The translations under genes and the position numbers were made by a program. From the IMG/VR virus record IMGVR_UViG_3300021387_001128, positions 1,602 through 65,601 of that record: a stretch of DNA of 64,000 nucleotides; one strand, given 5' to 3'. Positions 10,123 through 19,962 of the stretch are shown here, piece after piece (within the stretch, counting starts at the first letter, position 1; each line of letters begins with the position of its first letter). The DNA comes from a virus (lineage: Duplodnaviria; Caudoviricetes). The notes under the pieces are model-generated. The model had not been told where the DNA came from. It searched no databases and worked only from the letters and a program-made list of their open reading frames with translations.

Positions 10123-10392
10123 TTACAGATCGTTTTCAGGTTGAAGTTTTTCCATCGCTTCTTTTATTCGTTCTGGAATGTCTTCTTCAGACGCTTCGCC
10201 ACGATCTACTTTTTCAGCCCACCATTGCATTGCAGTGGTTGGTTCATCTGCGTATTCTTTTGCTTCGCTGTAAACTCTGTTGGTGTTTACAGGGTCCCAT
10301 GCTTCATCGTACGCGATCCCGTCCCGCATTACTTTGTGACCTGTATCGGAAAAAGTAATGATAGTCTTTAAATTGTGAATAATTTGTATCAT
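10123..10392 (-). CDS. Small hypothetical protein
   Basis: GAAAGGA RBS before MIQIIHNL; 89 aa. Confidence 0.6.
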   Translation of the reverse strand: MIQIIHNLKTIITFSDTGHKVMRDGIAYDEAWDPVNTNRVYSEAKEYADEPTTAMQWWAEKVDRGEASEEDIPERIKEAMEKLQPENDL

Positions 10393-10454
10393 AAAATAAT
10401 TCCTTTCTCTCCGTTTTATTAGAGAAACTGAAATAATACAAGATATAAAAAAGA

Positions 10455-11645
10455 TCAAATGCAGAAGCCGGGGAGCACACCATAACTATAGTTGGGGGCG
10501 TTGTCGCTATCGCCACCAGTCGCGCTAACACAAGCAAAAAAAGCAGCACCAGTTGCAGAACGCAACCACCAACCGCCGTTGGTATTGTCGTTGTAAGAGC
10601 GAATACGAGTTGAATTTGTTATTGTAAATATTCCGTCATACACAACACCGGTTGTTTCTTTTATACGCGCTTCTCTGAAGCTTACTTCCTTGGTACTTGG
10701 AATCCAAATCTTATCTGAAGAAACTTGTTCGCTTGTGTCCTCAAACCGATAATAAGGTTTGTTGACACTTTTAATCGCTGCTTGAATATTTGCGGGTAAC
10801 GTTAACATCCAGGTATTATTCAGATAGGTTCTTAAATCGCACGATGCCCATCCGCCAACTGTCGTTTTGGTTGAATTCATTTTTTGATTGTTTCCGGCGC
10901 CAGTGTTGGTACTAAGCAATGTTTTTAATAGCCAACTGGAATTGGCGGTTTTTGTTGCGTCACTGCTTAAAGGATCTTTGTCAATCCCGACAAGCTGAGC
11001 ATAATAAGTAATGCCATCTGTCGTTGTGAGAACTTTTGTATCTCCTACAGAGTAATGATCTCCGATCGTTCCTGCATTCGCATAGCCAATGATCGTATCC
11101 CAGCTGTCAGGGATTGTATCGAATGAACTCAGTGGATAAGAACTAAGCGGCACAATTAAATACTTATTCCAGCTTGAATCAGCTTTATATGTATCAACAA
11201 GATCCGATGGAACATATACTGCCCCCATACCATTAGCGATAGCTGTTCCTGAAAGCCCGTTTAATTGCAGTGTGCATTTTGAATTCTTCGCTAAAACAAG
11301 ATGTGCAAGCTTGGAACAACCACTGAAAGGAACTCCAGCGAAGCTCGTCAGCGCAGGAAACTGAGCAGATCTTAAATTGTTGCAACCATTAAATGCGCCA
11401 CCACCTATGCTCGTCACAGAAGGAAAGTCAGTCGCTTCAATTTCTGTCAGTCCAGTACAACCACGTATGGAATTCATTCCTAAATCTGTTGTTTTAGTAA
11501 GTTTAATATTTGTCAACGAACTGTTGTCCGCAAGAGCATATTTCCTTAATGTAACGACCCCATCTTCTTCCAATGATGTCAATGTGTTTCCAACAAGCCC
11601 GGCAAGCGTTGCGTTATCTCCAATAGTATCTCTGGTATTTGCCAT
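10455..11645 (-). CDS. BspA-type LRR protein with C-terminal DUF6273/C-type-lectin-like domain; putative receptor-binding protein
   Basis: LRR_5-like repeats (SIGGGAFNGCNNLRSAQFP); C-terminal GGWASCDLRTYLN...IWIPS..EV...WWLRSA...GVLPGFCI. Confidence 0.8.
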   Translation of the reverse strand: MANTRDTIGDNATLAGLVGNTLTSLEEDGVVTLRKYALADNSSLTNIKLTKTTDLGMNSIRGCTGLTEIEATDFPSVTSIGGGAFNGCNNLRSAQFPALTSFAGVPFSGCSKLAHLVLAKNSKCTLQLNGLSGTAIANGMGAVYVPSDLVDTYKADSSWNKYLIVPLSSYPLSSFDTIPDSWDTIIGYANAGTIGDHYSVGDTKVLTTTDGITYYAQLVGIDKDPLSSDATKTANSSWLLKTLLSTNTGAGNNQKMNSTKTTVGGWASCDLRTYLNNTWMLTLPANIQAAIKSVNKPYYRFEDTSEQVSSDKIWIPSTKEVSFREARIKETTGVVYDGIFTITNSTRIRSYNDNTNGGWWLRSATGAAFFACVSATGGDSDNAPNYSYGVLPGFCI

Positions 11646-11788
11646 TATATTCACTTCTTTTCTTTAAATATTGCGATCTTTGCTGCATATTTGACATTAT
11701 GCCATTGATGACGTTTTCCTTTTCTTGGTTTATTTTCTGCTTGAATACAACCAAAAATAAAGATTGAGTTTTGCTTTCATGTATAGGA

Positions 11789-14700
11789 TCAGATACAGAA
11801 GCCGAGGAGCACACCCGATGGGTTGGCTGCGGCAGTATTGGTGTTGTAGCCGGCGGCGGTAACGGCAACAAAATCAGTAGCAGAAAATGCGGAACGCAAA
11901 TACCAGTAACCATTAGAACCATTATTGTAGGTACGTATACGTGTAAGGTCTCTAGTTGTAAACGTTCCGTCGTACACAATGCCAGTTGTTTCTTTCAGAT
12001 ACGTCCCTCGCAGATTAATTTCCTGACTGCTTGGAATCCAAAGTTTGTCAGATGTTGTTTGCTCACTGGTGTCTTCAAATCTGTACGAGACTTTATCTAC
12101 AGCTTTGATTGCAGACTGAAGGTTCGCCGGGAATGTTGCCAAAATAGCGGGAAGAGTTGTGTTCCGCATTTCAGTATCCGTCCATCCGCCAACTGTAGTA
12201 CTGGATTTATTCATGTATTTAGCGTCTGAGTTTCCATTGTTATAACTCAATATTGTCTTCAGCAGCCAGGTACTATTCGCCTTGGTTGTATGATCGCTCG
12301 AAAGCGTGTCTTTGTTGATACCGACCAACTGCGCATAATAATCTATACCGTTGATTGTAAGCTTTTTGATATCATTTACACCGTAATGATCTCCGATCGT
12401 TCCGGCATTGGCGTAACTGATAATCGTATCCCAATCGTCACTAATTGTACTGAAGTCCGTTAATGGATAAGCACTCTTTGGAGAAATAAAGAAGATAGAC
12501 CAGTTTGTAGCCGCCTTGTAGGTATCTACCATGGTATCCGGTACATAAATTGCTCCCCTTCCAGCTGCAATCGCTGTGCTTTCAAGAGCATCTATATTAC
12601 TTAACGTGCAAAGTGTTGTAGAATCAAGAATAACAGCATTCAAATTTATTAAACCCTTAAATATACTCGAAGGGATTGTTACAGTGTCTGTGAATTCCAC
12701 TTTTGTCAAATTTGAACAGCCATTAAACGCGCCATACGTAAGAACCGTTGCAGCGGTTTTCACACTTGTCAGACTAGTCATTTGATAGAATGCAGTATCA
12801 TCGAGCTTTGTATCTTCGTCGTTATCGTATTCCGTCATAGTTCCCTTCAAATACTGCACAACCGGGTTGCTCATGTCTCTAAACACAGCCGTGTATGTTG
12901 CAGATCCTGTAACAGCCGCCAACGTTGGAGTCCAGCCGGTAAATTGGAAATCTCCCTGCTGTGTAGTCGTCGGCGTAGTCCCGTTATAGCTCGGCATAGA
13001 ACCATAAGTATATGTACTGGTCTGAAGTGTCCCGCCGCCGTCTGCGCTGGCCTTAACGAATGTGATCGTATAACTCTGTAGTGTGGTCGTATAAATCGCA
13101 TATACAACTTTATCCTGCGTAAGATTCTTCAGAATGTCTGCACTGACAGTTCCGCTTGTGTTTGAACTCCATCCAGCGAAACTGTAAGAATACTGCGCCG
13201 TGCTGGCTCTGGTCGGAGACGGGCTCTGGCTTGCATTGCCGCCATATCTGACATTTTCAGTTGTAATGGTTGTTTCATCCCAGTCTTTATAAGTCACGGT
13301 AACAGGAGCACGGAATTCGGCAGTATATGTTGCCGGCCCGGTAACTGTCGCCAACGCAGGAGTCCATCCGATAAACGAATATGTGCTTCCGCGAGAGCTG
13401 GTCGGGTTCGATCCGGGATAAGCCGCAGTCTGTCCATAAGCAATATTCACCGTTTCCAGAACGTCGTTGCCGTCGTCCGCACCGCGCCGGAATGTAATCG
13501 GGTACGTATTAACTGTGGTAGTATATACAGCATATACAATTCGGTCGCTAGTGATATTGGTAAGAGCGTTTGTATCCGCGCTTCCGTTAGGAGTCAAACT
13601 CCACCCGGACGGGGTGTAAGTATACTGCACATCTGCTGCTTTATCCGGAGGCAAAAGTCTTGTTCCGCTCCCGCCAGAATGCACAGGTTCAACCCCGATT
13701 GTGGCGCTTCCATCGCTGGTTTTGTAAATAACGCCAGGCATCAGCTCGTCGTATGTGATGGTAACATCAGAATACCGGCTGTGGATTTCATCAACTTCAA
13801 ACGTCGTCGCGCTTTCTACATGGATAGAACCATACACTTGTGCCTTGTTGGTGTTATTACCATTCTGGTCCAATCCGCGCATTGTATCCAGCCTGTCAAA
13901 CATTGTGTAAACATTACCCAATGTTGCCATTTCCCAATGGAAATTATACAGACGGATACGACTTCCGGCCGCAAGTTCGTTAACAATCTCAGCCGTGTCG
14001 ATAATCGGAGCCGGATTCTCAAGCCACAGCGTTGTAATATTGCTGTAGTCCGGGCACACAAATTCTGTCAGCCCGGTGTGGTTTCTCAGGGTTAGATAGG
14101 TAATTGTACCCGGCAGATGAATCTTCTTCATCACACCGCCGTTCGGGAGATCCAAACCGGAGATAGCTGTTCCGTCAAAATAAACCTCTTCCAGTCCGGT
14201 ACATCCGGTCAGGTTAATCGTCTTCTGAGTATCCGCACCAAGGTTTGTACAGTTCCTTGCATCGATCTTTCTCAGCAGTGTGTTATTACCAAGCGTAAGC
14301 GACTTTAAATTCGGGTTGGAATATCCGCTCGCGCTGTCTCCAACTTTAATGTCGGTAAGTTTAATCGCACGGCTGAAGTCGGCAAGACCAACTTTCAACG
14401 GGGAAATATCACCGATAGAACTCAGCGCGCTTGCCGAATAGATATAGATTTCCGTATCGTTCATGTCGGACAGCGGGCAAACAAGTTCGTAAGCATGATC
14501 GCGTTCTCCGCGTGTTCTTACAAGATAGCTGCCGTATTTAATCGTTGGATAAATGTCAGCATAGGGAGTAATAGTAATGTTCCCTTTGGCATATCCACGA
14601 AGCTGAATATAATCCGTCAGCGCATCGCCGGCATTAAACTTGCTGTCCATATAACGGAAGCGGTTGAACAGCCACCATTTGCGTTGCTCGGCCTTGCTTC

Positions 14701-15061
14701 CCTGAAGCATCGGCAGATACGTTGCGTCATTATCATTTTCCAGCGGATCAAGATACTTAAATTTGGCATCTTCATTAAACAATGCTTCAGGCCATTTGTT
14801 CTGATGCTCTTCGAATTGTTTTTCAACTCTGTTGTAACTCAGAATGCCGTCGCTGCGAAGCTGTTTATACATCGCTTCGATCTCATTCGGGAAAGTATCC
14901 CGGAGATTGCACCATAACACGCTGTCCTGTCCGTTAAAAACGTTCGCCCCGTCAACCTGATCCGTATCTTCCAGATTATAACTGAAGACCAGAGAACCTT
15001 CGTTATTTATACCGATAGCGGTATCAAAGTCGTAAGGAAGAAATACTACTTTTTTTCGCAT
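11789..15061 (-). CDS. Multidomain adhesin: C-terminal half of a CotH-like domain, LRRs, Listeria-Bacteroides (Flg_new-like) repeats, BspA LRR, DUF6273-like domain
   Basis: Start MRKKVVFLPYDFDTAIGINNEG after AAGGAGGTG RBS; four F.GW...(V/I)T...Y.A.(F/Y) repeats; C-terminal WYLRSA...GVLLGFCI. Confidence 0.8.
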   Translation of the reverse strand: MRKKVVFLPYDFDTAIGINNEGSLVFSYNLEDTDQVDGANVFNGQDSVLWCNLRDTFPNEIEAMYKQLRSDGILSYNRVEKQFEEHQNKWPEALFNEDAKFKYLDPLENDNDATYLPMLQGSKAEQRKWWLFNRFRYMDSKFNAGDALTDYIQLRGYAKGNITITPYADIYPTIKYGSYLVRTRGERDHAYELVCPLSDMNDTEIYIYSASALSSIGDISPLKVGLADFSRAIKLTDIKVGDSASGYSNPNLKSLTLGNNTLLRKIDARNCTNLGADTQKTINLTGCTGLEEVYFDGTAISGLDLPNGGVMKKIHLPGTITYLTLRNHTGLTEFVCPDYSNITTLWLENPAPIIDTAEIVNELAAGSRIRLYNFHWEMATLGNVYTMFDRLDTMRGLDQNGNNTNKAQVYGSIHVESATTFEVDEIHSRYSDVTITYDELMPGVIYKTSDGSATIGVEPVHSGGSGTRLLPPDKAADVQYTYTPSGWSLTPNGSADTNALTNITSDRIVYAVYTTTVNTYPITFRRGADDGNDVLETVNIAYGQTAAYPGSNPTSSRGSTYSFIGWTPALATVTGPATYTAEFRAPVTVTYKDWDETTITTENVRYGGNASQSPSPTRASTAQYSYSFAGWSSNTSGTVSADILKNLTQDKVVYAIYTTTLQSYTITFVKASADGGGTLQTSTYTYGSMPSYNGTTPTTTQQGDFQFTGWTPTLAAVTGSATYTAVFRDMSNPVVQYLKGTMTEYDNDEDTKLDDTAFYQMTSLTSVKTAATVLTYGAFNGCSNLTKVEFTDTVTIPSSIFKGLINLNAVILDSTTLCTLSNIDALESTAIAAGRGAIYVPDTMVDTYKAATNWSIFFISPKSAYPLTDFSTISDDWDTIISYANAGTIGDHYGVNDIKKLTINGIDYYAQLVGINKDTLSSDHTTKANSTWLLKTILSYNNGNSDAKYMNKSSTTVGGWTDTEMRNTTLPAILATFPANLQSAIKAVDKVSYRFEDTSEQTTSDKLWIPSSQEINLRGTYLKETTGIVYDGTFTTRDLTRIRTYNNGSNGYWYLRSAFSATDFVAVTAAGYNTNTAAANPSGVLLGFCI

Positions 15062-15074
15062 ACTCCCACCTCCT

Positions 15075-18000
15075 TTACACAATTTCAGTTCCCATAAAGC
15101 TAGGGAATGCGTTCTTGGCACGGCTGTCCACCATCAGGAACAGCTCTGTAAAAATGTAATAGAACAAAGCGCTGTCAACTTCGACATAATCACTAAGTTC
15201 ATTACGGAACTTGGCACGGCGATACTCCGCAGAATCAACCGTATAAGTAGTTCCACTATAATTAACGGAAGGAGAAAGAGCATTGTTTGTTGCCTCTGTT
15301 GGATCTGTGCTTTTAATCCAGCTTGCAAACTCAGCCAGTTGGGTAGCGTCCGTATACGGAGGATCAGTATCCGGATAACGGGCTTCGAAGTCATTCAGCC
15401 AGTCATCACCTGTGTAATCGGCGTTCTTCCAGATAACACGGTCACTGGTGTTATTCTTGATTTCCCAGCTTTCATCTCCGTCTTCAAACCCAAATACTTC
15501 TTCAGTTCCCTTATCGTTGTTGAAATTATACTTACCCAGGAAACTCGTCTCTCCGGAAATCGTATTCTGCCAGAAAATAACCATCGGGAAACCGTCAATG
15601 CCTTGTCTCACCTGTTCATTCTCTTCCTGCGCGGGTGTCTTGTATGGACAAGCGTCATTATACGCGATCGCAAGTTCTACGTTGTTCGCACCTTCGCTTG
15701 AAGCAACGTCAGCTTTAAAAGTGAATGTTTTTACGGCAATGGAATCGTCCCGCATTTTATATTTGCTGGAAGTAACTCCGTTTGGATTGGTAAATCCGCC
15801 ATTAAATTTAATCTTATAATTCTTTCTGGCATAATATTGAGAGCTCGTTCCTTGCACGTCGCACTGCGCGTTCGTGAACGTAAAACTCTTAGACGGCTGC
15901 AGTGGATCTGTGTAGCTTCCGCTGACCGTCTTCTTATCGCCTTTGTACTGAGGAAGTTCCGCAGCCGCAATAATCATATAGGGAAGATCAGCCGGCAATT
16001 TCGAGATGACGATATTCCCATAAGCATCGCGAATGTTGTTATGGGCAAACCTCTCCGTCAATAGCGCGCCATCCTGAGTGTCCGCAATCCAGTTGTTAAC
16101 CATCTGTGTAGACGTAAGATCGTTATCATAAATACGGATCGTGTAAACGTCCACAGTATTGTTCGTGCTGTGAATCGTAATGTTGACGGGTGAAACCTGG
16201 CTGAAGTCATCGTTTGTCGGATATTGCGCAACGCCGCTGAGGATGCCGTTCAGGAAGCATCGGATCAGCCGCATTCCGTTTCGTTTGTCGATAACAAATC
16301 CAACGCGAACCCGTTCCTCTTCTTTAAACTGTGTCTTCAGACTGGTCTGCTCGCTGGCGATCATGCAATCCTGAGAAGTAATTTGAATACCACGGCCGGC
16401 ATTCATACAGTCGATAATTACATCACTGTAGTTACGTACATCACGGGTTGCAAATTCAATCTCGACTGTCTTTCCGTTTGTACGAAAGTCCTCTGCGAAG
16501 ATTTTGTAGGGGATTGTCAGCGTCGCGTTGCCCTTCACTCGAAGCGCAACCAGCCCGTCGTCATCCGTCTGCCATCCGTCACTGATGAAATTAAATCCTG
16601 TAAACACAGCCGAAATCTGATCGTTCCCGGTCCCATAAGTCCACACACCGGGATTGGCTTCCATGTTGCTCCGTCCGGCACTGCTCAGATACAGAGCCAG
16701 ATTTTGCGTTTCGGCTTCAACATCAATATCCGATTGCGTTACGTTTACTGTCAATGTTTTTGTCGTACCACCGCTGGAAATTGTAATTGTATTTGAACCA
16801 ACAACATCCATCCGAAGCGTAAAGGTATTTGCTTCACGCCCAACGTTTTCCATCTCCAGCATCGTATTCCCATTCAGCTGAATCGTCACATTGCTGACCA
16901 GGCTGTTGGGATTGTATACCTGATAAGGTACAATAACGGTCGTATATCTCGGAACGCTGTTTGTGCTGAACGCGCTTGCGATAACAGTTGTGTTTGTGCC
17001 GGGAACAATACACAGAATGTTATAATAAAGCACATTGCTCGCAACAGTTTCTCCGTCAATGGTCGCCGTAAACCAAACCCTCAGCGTATGATCTCCATGC
17101 GTCTGTTGAGGAATCGTGTTGCTTACCTGTGTGCCGCTGGTGCTGACAGAAACTGTCGGCAGTTCAGTGCCGTCCACCTCGAAATGCACGGTCTTCACAA
17201 TACTTCCGTAAGGGACAAACGGGAATGCGAATGCGGAATCCCGAACGATAGATCCGTCAAATGGGCTTGTAAGCCGCATTTCAACTGCGTTGATAATAAA
17301 GTTCCGTTTCTTGGATTTGCCGTAGGAGTCAATAACTGTCACAATCACAGTATTGCTGCCGGCGCTCAGATAACTTCCAACACTGACGGTGAAAGATCCC
17401 TGAGGGATATTATTTCTTGTCTCTTTAATCGCGTCGTTGACCGTAACGCGCATAGTTCCGTTGCCTGTGGGAGCCTCCTGCTCCAGGCTGGACCACGTAA
17501 GACTTAACTCTACCTCCGAATTTTGAGCAACAGTTTTACTCGTCCATCCGGTTTCATTAGTCAACGTAACAATGCTGTCGCTGTCAGACTGTCCGCCGCC
17601 GCCTCCGCCGCCGCCAATACCTGTAAGCTCAAAAAGAACATTGTCGCCATGCGTGAAGTATGCCACGCCGTCTTCAACATAGGCGCCGTCAACAGCGCTG
17701 AGAAGTTCTGCCTGAATCTCGTTCAGCGTTTGATTGTTCTCAATCGCCGCGTCAAGATTCAGTTGCGCGTTACCAAACTCTTCCCACTGATTATTTCTGT
17801 AGAACCATTCTGTAAACAGGCTTTCTTCGCCGGAACCGCTGCCGGGAACAAGGTAAAGCGTGTTGCTCACGGGGTTCAAAATGTTTGGTACGCGTGTCTC
17901 GGAATCGTATTCTTCCGGAACGCAAATGTGATAACTGATACCATTCAGGAAGGACACGGAAGTTTGGAGCGTTTCGAGAGCATTCTTGTCAGCCGCGCTC

Positions 18001-18842
18001 ATCAGACCGCTCTGAGAAGAAGTCGCAGTAAGTCCTGGCAGATAACCTAATGTGTTGATATAAATCGTGTTGTTCCCATCGTAGAACATCAGGTAGTTTC
18101 CGCTCGGAATCAAAATCTGAGAAGCTCCGTTTTCGCCAAGAACGGTGTTTCCGTTTACGTTTAAGTTGTATGCAGCAGATGTACTGTGGCCGTATCCTTC
18201 TGTAATGTACGCTTTTAACGTCACGTCTGTAGATCCAGCCGTCCAGTTATAGGCGGAAGGAACGCGCAGCAAGGTATACCCGGCCGCGTTTGGAGTAAAC
18301 CCTTCGTCCGTCCCAAGGAAAAGAGTTCCTGTTGCGGGCCCGTCATACCCTGTCTCAGATTCGGGAACATATGAGACATACCCGATATGTGTGTTAATAT
18401 CGCACGTTTTCCATGTGTTTTGATAATATGTGAGGATAATAATATCTCCGTTGCGGTATTGCTTTTTTAAAGCTTTTCCGCCGGAGGTATATACTGGGAT
18501 AGCCTGAGTCTGAGTTTCGGATAAAAGCAGACTTAAAGTAACATTCTGTCCGTTGCTGGGGAAGGGAAGTTTATAGGCAATGGTTAATCCATTGTATAAC
18601 TCATCAACATCCTCAAGCCTTCCGGTCCAGGCATTCGTAGATGAAGCCTGCGTCCCTTCGACAAACAGGAGCCCCTTTGCCGCTGAGTCGTCTTCAGGTT
18701 CTCCTTCCGGGTTAACCCATAACGTGATATTTGAACCAACAGGTTCCTCAGTGCCAACATAGACTTCATGAGAGCCTTCGATTTCTTCATCCATCAGAGC
18801 TTTAAAAGTCGAAAGACCTTCAAGGTCAATTAACTTTCCCAT
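15075..18842 (-). CDS. Large virion-associated protein: Ig-like/LamG-like domains and N-terminal part of a CotH-like kinase domain
   Basis: QGTSSQYYARKNYKIKF, FTFKADVASSEGANN, GIDGFP, FLGKYNFNNDKG, MVDSRAKN motifs at the C-terminus. Confidence 0.75.
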   Translation of the reverse strand: MGKLIDLEGLSTFKALMDEEIEGSHEVYVGTEEPVGSNITLWVNPEGEPEDDSAAKGLLFVEGTQASSTNAWTGRLEDVDELYNGLTIAYKLPFPSNGQNVTLSLLLSETQTQAIPVYTSGGKALKKQYRNGDIIILTYYQNTWKTCDINTHIGYVSYVPESETGYDGPATGTLFLGTDEGFTPNAAGYTLLRVPSAYNWTAGSTDVTLKAYITEGYGHSTSAAYNLNVNGNTVLGENGASQILIPSGNYLMFYDGNNTIYINTLGYLPGLTATSSQSGLMSAADKNALETLQTSVSFLNGISYHICVPEEYDSETRVPNILNPVSNTLYLVPGSGSGEESLFTEWFYRNNQWEEFGNAQLNLDAAIENNQTLNEIQAELLSAVDGAYVEDGVAYFTHGDNVLFELTGIGGGGGGGGQSDSDSIVTLTNETGWTSKTVAQNSEVELSLTWSSLEQEAPTGNGTMRVTVNDAIKETRNNIPQGSFTVSVGSYLSAGSNTVIVTVIDSYGKSKKRNFIINAVEMRLTSPFDGSIVRDSAFAFPFVPYGSIVKTVHFEVDGTELPTVSVSTSGTQVSNTIPQQTHGDHTLRVWFTATIDGETVASNVLYYNILCIVPGTNTTVIASAFSTNSVPRYTTVIVPYQVYNPNSLVSNVTIQLNGNTMLEMENVGREANTFTLRMDVVGSNTITISSGGTTKTLTVNVTQSDIDVEAETQNLALYLSSAGRSNMEANPGVWTYGTGNDQISAVFTGFNFISDGWQTDDDGLVALRVKGNATLTIPYKIFAEDFRTNGKTVEIEFATRDVRNYSDVIIDCMNAGRGIQITSQDCMIASEQTSLKTQFKEEERVRVGFVIDKRNGMRLIRCFLNGILSGVAQYPTNDDFSQVSPVNITIHSTNNTVDVYTIRIYDNDLTSTQMVNNWIADTQDGALLTERFAHNNIRDAYGNIVISKLPADLPYMIIAAAELPQYKGDKKTVSGSYTDPLQPSKSFTFTNAQCDVQGTSSQYYARKNYKIKFNGGFTNPNGVTSSKYKMRDDSIAVKTFTFKADVASSEGANNVELAIAYNDACPYKTPAQEENEQVRQGIDGFPMVIFWQNTISGETSFLGKYNFNNDKGTEEVFGFEDGDESWEIKNNTSDRVIWKNADYTGDDWLNDFEARYPDTDPPYTDATQLAEFASWIKSTDPTEATNNALSPSVNYSGTTYTVDSAEYRRAKFRNELSDYVEVDSALFYYIFTELFLMVDSRAKNAFPSFMGTEIV

Positions 18843-18863
18843 ATATCTCACTTCCTTTCTTTG

Positions 18864-19139
18864 TTATTTGTGGAAATTCTGCATGGGAATTTGCTGCATG
18901 GTTTGATTAATGTCGTTGTTGGAAATATTTCTGGTGTTTTGCAGATATTGAAAGATTTGGTTCGGATTGTTATACATGCTGTCGGGAATATCCGGGAACC
19001 GCTGCTTTAAATATCCAAACGGATTTTGCATTGCCTGCATCACAGCCTGCATTTTCTGCACGGGATTCATACTTTGCGGAGAAACTGCGTTCCCTGAGTT
19101 CATCATCCCGGACATCATCATGTTGTAGAGTGGATTCAT
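18864..19139 (-). CDS. Small Gln/Asn/Met-rich hypothetical protein
   Basis: 91 aa, overlaps the stop of the upstream gene (ATGA coupling). Confidence 0.65.
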   Translation of the reverse strand: MNPLYNMMMSGMMNSGNAVSPQSMNPVQKMQAVMQAMQNPFGYLKQRFPDIPDSMYNNPNQIFQYLQNTRNISNNDINQTMQQIPMQNFHK

Positions 19140-19570
19140 GCCTGACCACCCCGGCTACGGCCGCTCTGATTGTTGGCCATCATTTCGTTCAGCTTTTTAA
19201 TTTCTTCCTTCAGTTCGTCGAAATCATGTTTCGTCACATACTGACTCATATCATGTCCGGAAAGACCTTCGACCAGAAGGGGGTTCGGCTGTTCTTTCAT
19301 TTCGTAATCAAGTTCCTGCATAGGATTTGCAGCGCCCATCTGATTCCAGCTCTTCAGAAAGATTTTCTTCTCCGTGGAATCCCACAGTACAATAGGTGTA
19401 TTGATAGGCCAGCCAGCAGGCATCTGGAAAGCCTTGGCTCCAACTTCGCCTTCCACCCATTCCATAGACTTGAAGTTCTGATTCGCGTAAGATTGGTTCT
19501 GCTGATACCCGTTATTGTACTGCGGATAGTAGTTCTGATAGTTCGGGTAATTCGGATAATAATTAGCCAT
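19136..19570 (-). CDS. Hypothetical protein with Gln/Asn/Tyr-rich N-terminus
   Basis: MANYYPNYPNYQNYYPQYNNGYQQNQSY then WVEGEVGAKAF..P....LWDS....FLKS motif; AAAGGAG RBS. Confidence 0.7.
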   Translation of the reverse strand: MANYYPNYPNYQNYYPQYNNGYQQNQSYANQNFKSMEWVEGEVGAKAFQMPAGWPINTPIVLWDSTEKKIFLKSWNQMGAANPMQELDYEMKEQPNPLLVEGLSGHDMSQYVTKHDFDELKEEIKKLNEMMANNQSGRSRGGQA

Positions 19571-19587
19571 AATAATTCTCCTTTACG

Positions 19588-19962
19588 TTATGTAATCTTC
19601 CAGAAAAAAGAAGGTGTTTCTCTCGCTGAATCCCAGCTGTCGTAGAAATTCCCATCAATAATACAAATCGCGTGATAGCCTGTTCCGATGATGTATATTC
19701 CCAACGGGAAGTATCTGGTGAATTCTTCCACAGTAATACATCTTGGGCAGGCTTGAGGAAGAACAAACGGTTCAAAACCTTTCAGATATAAGTAATGCCC
19801 CCAGACCGTATCGGCTGAAGGCATATTGCAGTCCTCTCTTCCGAGAGCGCATAATTCGTCATACGTTTGATACCAGGATTGATTCAAAGCAATAGATATG
19901 GCACGGATAACACAGTCCGGAACTTCTTTACCGCACGGATTCGGATTAACCTTGATCCACAT
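19588..19962 (-). CDS. Hypothetical protein, possible papain-like/peptidase fold
   Basis: NPNP....DCVIRAISIAL ... GYHAICIIDG..YDSWDS (Cys, His and Asp present). Confidence 0.6.
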   Translation of the reverse strand: MWIKVNPNPCGKEVPDCVIRAISIALNQSWYQTYDELCALGREDCNMPSADTVWGHYLYLKGFEPFVLPQACPRCITVEEFTRYFPLGIYIIGTGYHAICIIDGNFYDSWDSARETPSFFWKIT

